DNA from: an uncultured Gammaproteobacteria bacterium
GTDB taxonomy: Bacteria; Patescibacteriota; Patescibacteriia; CAZGFX01
Direction: 5' to 3'
Assembly (NCBI GenBank): GCA_964524845.1
Contig: CAZGFX010000002.1
Coordinates: 227,428 to 291,427 of the forward strand
Length of the DNA stretch: 64,000 nt
The notes below the pieces were generated by a model. It ran no database searches. It was given only the letters and a program-made list of their open reading frames with translations, and was not told the DNA's origin. Positions 59,457 through 64,000 of the stretch are shown here, piece after piece (the stretch's first letter is position 1; each line of letters begins with the position of its first letter). The position numbers and the translations under genes were made by a program.

Positions 59457-60894
59457 ATGGTATCGCGGCAAATGCTTCGGCCACGCGAATTACATATTCG
59501 AGAAAAAGCCACGTAAGCCATCCGTTTAATGCTCCGACTGTACCGAAAACACTGCCAAAAATAATGGTAAAAAATCCTGTAAGCATTGCGTATGGGATAA
59601 CAGGAAGCACAAGAAGATTGACTATTGGCGCTATCAGAGAAATTCCTTTAAACGCATATACTGTTATCGGGAGTGTAGCTATTGTAGCGGAAAGTGTTGA
59701 AACGAATGATTCACGAATTCCAAACATTTCCGGCACCCATCCACACACTTTAATAACGTAAGGACTGAGATATATCAGCCCTATTGTCGCAAGAAACGAG
59801 AGATGAAATCCCATGTCATATATGATAAACGGATTCATTGCAAGCATAAGAAAAGCGGAGCATATGAGTAACATAAATGGATATACCGATCGTCCTCCAT
59901 ACTTCGCGATAAGTGCGATCACACCCATCACCGCTGCACGAATAACAGAGGCCTGAGCTCCTGTAATACACACATAAAAAATTATACCGAGCATAACTAG
60001 CCACAACGCATATTTTCTATGAACACCAAAATACGGCAGAATAGCGAGAAATGCCACACCAATAATCGTAATGTTATATCCTGACACGGCAACAATATGC
60101 GTTATTCCAACGCGTCGAAATGTTTCCGACACGTCGTCAGGAATTCCTTGTTTTGCTCCCCACAAAATCCCTGCGGCAAGCGATGCATGTGGTTCAATCA
60201 GACGAGAAGTAAGTTCTATAATGAGAATTTTTTTTACTTTTAATATGTTTGAATACAAAAAAGATCCTTTTCCCTCATTTATTTTTTTAACAGAACGAAC
60301 AATATAACATACACCTGTTATGTTGTGGCGCATCAAAAAATGATAATAATCAAAATCCTCTATCATACCAGCCTTCTCGAGCGGACACTTAACAGAAAGT
60401 TCGTCTCCGTATGTAAAACGAGGGTACAGAGGCAGTGTTATGAGTGTTTTTTCTTTTTCTGATATTCTTTCACTGATATCTTTGCTTATGATGTGCCCGA
60501 TCGTGTATTTTACTTTATCAGTACGCACATCCGGTTCATCAACAACAACACCCGTAAATGAAACAAGGTGTCGTTCTCCGTCAGCAATAAACCGAGCAAT
60601 ATTTCCGTGCTCCATGTGTTCCACATGAATTGAATATCTCCACACTCCACATGCCGTGCCAAATAAAAAAAGAAAACATAATGCCGACACCGATAAAACA
60701 AATTGTTTTTTTGAATAAAACTTGCCAAATCGACAAAAAATTATCGCGTACGATATACTTGTTATAATAATTATTGTGTTTAATGTATCCGGAATAACAA
60801 AATATGGCGCAATAAACACACCAAGTACAAAACCGCTTCCAACAGATCGCACAAGCCATGTTTTTGATATATAGTCACGAGATATTATTTTCAT
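59437..60894 (-). CDS. comEC: ComEC/Rec2 N-terminal (DUF4131 + competence channel domain), lacking MBL domain
   Basis: Multi-TM. Competence-domain motifs (ITHIVAVSGYNITI). Ends 20-35 bp inside the next ORF. Confidence 0.7.
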   Translation of the reverse strand: MKIISRDYISKTWLVRSVGSGFVLGVFIAPYFVIPDTLNTIIIITSISYAIIFCRFGKFYSKKQFVLSVSALCFLFLFGTACGVWRYSIHVEHMEHGNIARFIADGERHLVSFTGVVVDEPDVRTDKVKYTIGHIISKDISERISEKEKTLITLPLYPRFTYGDELSVKCPLEKAGMIEDFDYYHFLMRHNITGVCYIVRSVKKINEGKGSFLYSNILKVKKILIIELTSRLIEPHASLAAGILWGAKQGIPDDVSETFRRVGITHIVAVSGYNITIIGVAFLAILPYFGVHRKYALWLVMLGIIFYVCITGAQASVIRAAVMGVIALIAKYGGRSVYPFMLLICSAFLMLAMNPFIIYDMGFHLSFLATIGLIYLSPYVIKVCGWVPEMFGIRESFVSTLSATIATLPITVYAFKGISLIAPIVNLLVLPVIPYAMLTGFFTIIFGSVFGTVGALNGWLTWLFLEYVIRVAEAFAAIPYAYVSF

Positions 60895-60915
60895 GCGGGT
60901 ATTTTTCTACTGATA

Positions 60916-60924
60916 TTATCCACA
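60916..60924. promoter_or_regulatory. perfect DnaA box TTATCCACA
   Basis: Direct reading. Confidence 0.4.
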
Positions 60925-60948
60925 TTACAAAACACCCTCAAGCGCCGT

Positions 60949-61110
60949 CGGTGGATAAACTAGCGCCGCCTGCCCTTCTCTTGCGAAGCAAGAGATAGGG
61001 TCGGTGGATAAACTAGCGCCGCCTGCCCTTCTCTTGCGAAGCAAGAGATAGGGTCGGTGGATAAACTAGCGCCGCCTGCCCCCTAGCGAAGCGAGGGACC
61101 TTACTGAGCG
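60949..61110. repeat. 3 x 53-bp GC-rich tandem repeat, each unit with a DnaA-box-like GGTGGATAA and a ctcttgc-gaa-gcaagag hairpin
   Basis: Units begin at 60949, 61002 and 61055 (third degenerate). 20-bp sub-repeats ccttactgagcgaagcgagg x2 at 61097-61135. Confidence 0.7.
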
Positions 61111-61189
61111 AAGCGAGGAACCTTACTGAGCGAAGCAAGAGATAGGGTCTGTTGATAAACCCTCTCACCATACACAAAACAAACCTCAT

Positions 61190-61207
61190 ATATCCACTTG
61201 TGGATAA
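61190..61207. promoter_or_regulatory. head-to-head DnaA-box palindrome ATATCCACT / TGTGGATAA
   Basis: tatccacttgtggata perfect inverted repeat. TGTGGATAA (61199-61207) matches the consensus exactly. TGTTGATAA at 61150-58. Confidence 0.4.
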
Positions 61208-61230
61208 AAAAACAGCTCGTAAAGCTGTTT

Positions 61231-61432
61231 ATGTCATCCTGAACCATGTCATCCTGAATTTATTTCAGGATCTATATATCTGTTTCAGAATCTTCCTTGA
61301 TACATTGTGTATTATGTCATTCTGAACTTGTTTCAGAATCTTCCTTGATACATTGTTTTCTAGGAAAACTTATATTTCATATTATTAAAAGTTACACTGC
61401 AGATGCTGAAACGAGTTCGGCATAACGCAATG
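61231..61432. repeat. MITE-like element copy C (repeat family 1, with internal 40-bp duplication)
   Basis: Same termini and core as 18390-18606 and 26110-26285. Confidence 0.6.
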
Positions 61433-61459
61433 ATTATCTTTCTATAAAAAATCAAAAAA

Positions 61460-62017
61460 TTATTTTTTATATTGTTCGATAATCGCATCTATATTCTTTT
61501 CAAAATCTTCTATTGTTCCGTTGTTATCAACGATGCATTGCGAAACATCTTTCAAACCCCGAATCTGTACTTCCGTTTCTTGTAATTGTTCTTTTTCAAA
61601 TTGCTCAAATGTTTTTGTACTATCGCCGACATTTTCTCCACGCGCAACAAGTCGTTCATATCTTTTTTTAACATCGGTTTCAATATATACAAGCATAAAA
61701 CTAGGGAGCATCTTTAAATATTTTATATCAGCATTTCTCCTTACTCCATCAATTACGATTATTTCATGTGAATCGTGTTCAGCGTCCTGAGACATTACTT
61801 TTGCCAAAACATCATCTCCAAAATTTGCGCGCAAAACCGTCGATAGAGTTTGTAGATTATCTCTGCTTTGCTCAATATACAATCTATCCAGAACATCTCT
61901 CAGCATCGTTGAAAACCGATGTGTATGAGCACCATACTTTTCAACACAATACTTTGTAAAAGTTCCTTTTCCACTCGCGATCTCACCCGCTAATCCAATT
62001 ATTATTTTGTTTGCCAT
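61460..62017 (-). CDS. P-loop nucleotide/nucleoside kinase-like protein
   Basis: Walker A GLAGEIASGKGT. Small kinase fold with LID-like DGVRRNAD. Specific substrate not assignable. Confidence 0.45.
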   Translation of the reverse strand: MANKIIIGLAGEIASGKGTFTKYCVEKYGAHTHRFSTMLRDVLDRLYIEQSRDNLQTLSTVLRANFGDDVLAKVMSQDAEHDSHEIIVIDGVRRNADIKYLKMLPSFMLVYIETDVKKRYERLVARGENVGDSTKTFEQFEKEQLQETEVQIRGLKDVSQCIVDNNGTIEDFEKNIDAIIEQYKK

Positions 62018-62029
62018 AATAATATATAT

Positions 62030-62527
62030 TTACTTTCCCTGATCAGCGTACTCTGTAACCCTATTATTAAGAAGTTCATATAAAACACCAGCTTCTTTAA
62101 AAACTTCCTTGCTTCTCTGTCCTGCGTGATAATCCTCCTCACACACGACACGTTTAATTCCGGCGTTAATAATCATCTTCGCGCACGCATAACACGGAGT
62201 CATCTTGCAATACAATGTAGCTCCTTCTAACGCGACACCAATTCTTGCCGCTTGAATAATCGCGTTCTGCTCAGCGTGAGCCGTTCTTATACAATGACGT
62301 GTTTCGTGATTATCCTCGTGTACGACGGTGTGCATCTCATGACCCACCTCATCACAATGAGGGAGTCCGACTGGAGAACCAACATATCCGGTTGATATAA
62401 TTCTCTTGTCCGAAGTGATCACGCACCCTGAGCGTCCTCGATCACATGTTCCGCGCGAACCGATAATTTTAACTATCTCCATAAAATACTCATCCCATGA
62501 CGGTCTTTTGTATTTTTCCTCTTCCAT
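62030..62527 (-). CDS. dCMP deaminase (ComEB-like cytidine/deoxycytidylate deaminase)
   Basis: HAEQNAI and PCYACAKMII zinc-ligand motifs. Confidence 0.8.
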   Translation of the reverse strand: MEEEKYKRPSWDEYFMEIVKIIGSRGTCDRGRSGCVITSDKRIISTGYVGSPVGLPHCDEVGHEMHTVVHEDNHETRHCIRTAHAEQNAIIQAARIGVALEGATLYCKMTPCYACAKMIINAGIKRVVCEEDYHAGQRSKEVFKEAGVLYELLNNRVTEYADQGK

Positions 62528-62669
62528 ATAATTATGTTTTAGTATTATGTACCAAAATATTTATTACTCACTTTCATATTTAATACTATCACCTCAAATA
62601 CTACTCTTTTCTTTTTTTATGGTCAAAAAACATTATTTTTAATAGTTTTTCTAAATTAAAATCAATAAG

Positions 62670-63768
62670 TTACACCTTGTCCCATTTCAAATACGCCTCG
62701 ACGAATTCTTCGATTTTCCCATTGAGCACTCCTTCCGTATCATTCGTCTCATATCCTGTGCGAACATCCTTTACAAGCTGGTACGGATAAAGTACGTACG
62801 ATCTTATCTGACTTCCCCACTCAGTCGATTTTCGTTCTCCGCGAACTCCTCGCTCTCTATCACGACGCTTCTCATATTCCAAAATCTTGAGCTTTGATTT
62901 CAAAACATTCATCGCGGTTTCTTTGTTTTGTGTTTGTGATCGTTCATTCTGACATGTAACGACAATTCCTGTAGGAATATGATTGATTCGTACGGCGGAA
63001 TCAGTTGTGTTCACTCCCTGGCCACCGTGTCCGGACGCACGATAAACATCAATTCGGATATCTTTATCTTCTATTACAATATCGGATACGAGTCCGAAGT
63101 CGGGTATTACTTCGATTTGTGAAAAAGATGTGTGACGAGCCTTATCAGCGTCAAAAGGCGATATTCGTACAAGTCTATGAACACCTGATTCCGAACGGAG
63201 ATTCCCATATGCCTTATCTCCTTTAACTGTAAAAGAAACATTTTTTATTCCCGCCTCAAGCCCTCTGCTAGTATCAATAATTTCCGTAGTATATCCTTTT
63301 CTTTCACAGTATCGAAGCATCATTCGAAGTAATATCTCAGTCCAGTCCTGTGCTTCCGTCCCGCCCGCTCCTGCCTGTATATTTACTATGGCATCATAAT
63401 GATCGAACTCACCCGTGAAAAGCGCCTGCACCTCAACAACATGCAGGAGCGGGCGGATTTTTTCAATTGCTTTTTCTAGGTCACTTATATCATTACTCTT
63501 TTCCATTTCAATAATATCACATATATCACGAGCATCTGCACATTCTTTTTCTAGCAAAGCGAAATCGGCCAGGTCTTTTTTTATTCCCGCCGCATATTGT
63601 GTACGCGCAACCGCTTTTTTCGGATCGGCCCAGATCTCCGATCCTCCAAATTCTTTCTCTAATTCAACAAGCTCTCTCCTTTTTCCTTCAACGTCAAAGT
63701 AAGTGAGCGAAGTCTTTTACTCTTTGCTCGATTAATTCTAATTGTTTCTTTGCTTCGTAAAGTTCCAT
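62670..63768 (-). CDS. prfB: peptide chain release factor 2, expressed via programmed +1 frameshift
   Basis: SPF tripeptide and GGQ motif. 0-frame ATG 63768 encodes MELYEAKKQLELIEQRVKDFAHLL, then in-frame TGA inside CTT TGA C at 63694-63699. +1 frame continues DVEGKRRELVELEKEF... to 62670. Confidence 0.85.
63694..63699 (-). promoter_or_regulatory. RF2 autoregulatory +1 frameshift site CUU UGA (C)
   Basis: Exact canonical shifty sequence at codon 25. Confidence 0.8.
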
Positions 63769-63776
63769 TATAAAAA

Positions 63777-64000
63777 TTATTGCATCTTCCTTCTAATGAA
63801 AGTTGGGATGTCCAATTCTTCTTCCGAAATATCATTTTCACTTGAAGCCTTTTTTCTAGAAGCTTCTGATTGCAAAGGTCGACGATGTTCGTCTGATCGT
63901 TCTTTTCTTTGATTTGATGCTTGATCGTTTACTGACATATCATTCATGGTTTCACGAATTGATGCACGTGATGGACGCATTGTTTTTTGTATGAGTTCTT
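63777..64000 (-). CDS. ftsZ: cell division protein FtsZ, 3' end only (gene starts beyond window end)
   Basis: C-terminus EEELDIPTFIRRKMQ matches the conserved FtsZ C-terminal peptide D-I-P-x-F-[LI]-R. Low-complexity linker precedes it. Confidence 0.5.
   Translation of the reverse strand, partial: ELIQKTMRPSRASIRETMNDMSVNDQASNQRKERSDEHRRPLQSEASRKKASSENDISEEELDIPTFIRRKMQ

Noticed and set aside
60949-61110. 53-bp repeats as possible CRISPR array
   Set aside because: Only ~3 directly abutting units, no spacers. Better explained as iteron-like tandem repeats.
63659-63841. 60-aa ORF upstream of prfB
   Set aside because: Alternate frame across the RF2 frameshift region. The real 0-frame N-terminal peptide is the 24-codon ORF from 63768.

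Overview
This is an AT-rich bacterial window with a dense, mostly minus-strand gene layout. The gene content suggests a small-genome Patescibacteria/CPR-like organism: the ribosomal cluster lacks rpmD (L30), several r-proteins carry tail extensions, SD sites are weak, and binding proteins are TM-anchored. This placement is inference only.

Describe. Region 35.2-52.7 kb carries the conserved str-S10-spc ribosomal superoperon (rpsL, rpsG, fusA, tuf, rpsJ ... rplO, secY, adk, map). It is followed by ruvX, a GT4 phospho-sugar transferase, a DUF192 lipoprotein and rplU. Region 17.6-33.0 kb is one long liv-type ABC transporter operon (livH, livM, livG, livF) carrying nine tandem paralogous LivK-type binding-protein genes and a small embedded hypothetical ORF. 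Other content:
- a surface/secreted protein cluster at 1-5955
- alr
- a FecR-domain protein, CHASE2 class-III nucleotide cyclase and SAM-MTase operon next to tRNA-Lys(UUU)
- dnaB, ybaB and recR
- rpmB and a short M50 site-2 protease
- an ndk-like gene
- a two-piece comEC
- a P-loop kinase with a dCMP deaminase
- prfB with the classic CTT-TGA-C +1 frameshift
- the ftsZ 3' end

Hunt. The most interesting non-genic signals are:
- three interspersed repeat families: a MITE-like element with 21-bp TIRs, a TIR element carrying a GIY-YIG nuclease gene with non-autonomous and solo-TIR copies, and GC-rich palindromic units
- a cluster of DnaA boxes embedded in 53-bp GC-rich tandem repeats
- a ~960-bp ORF-free, locally structured region
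- a duplicated tRNA-Lys 5' end
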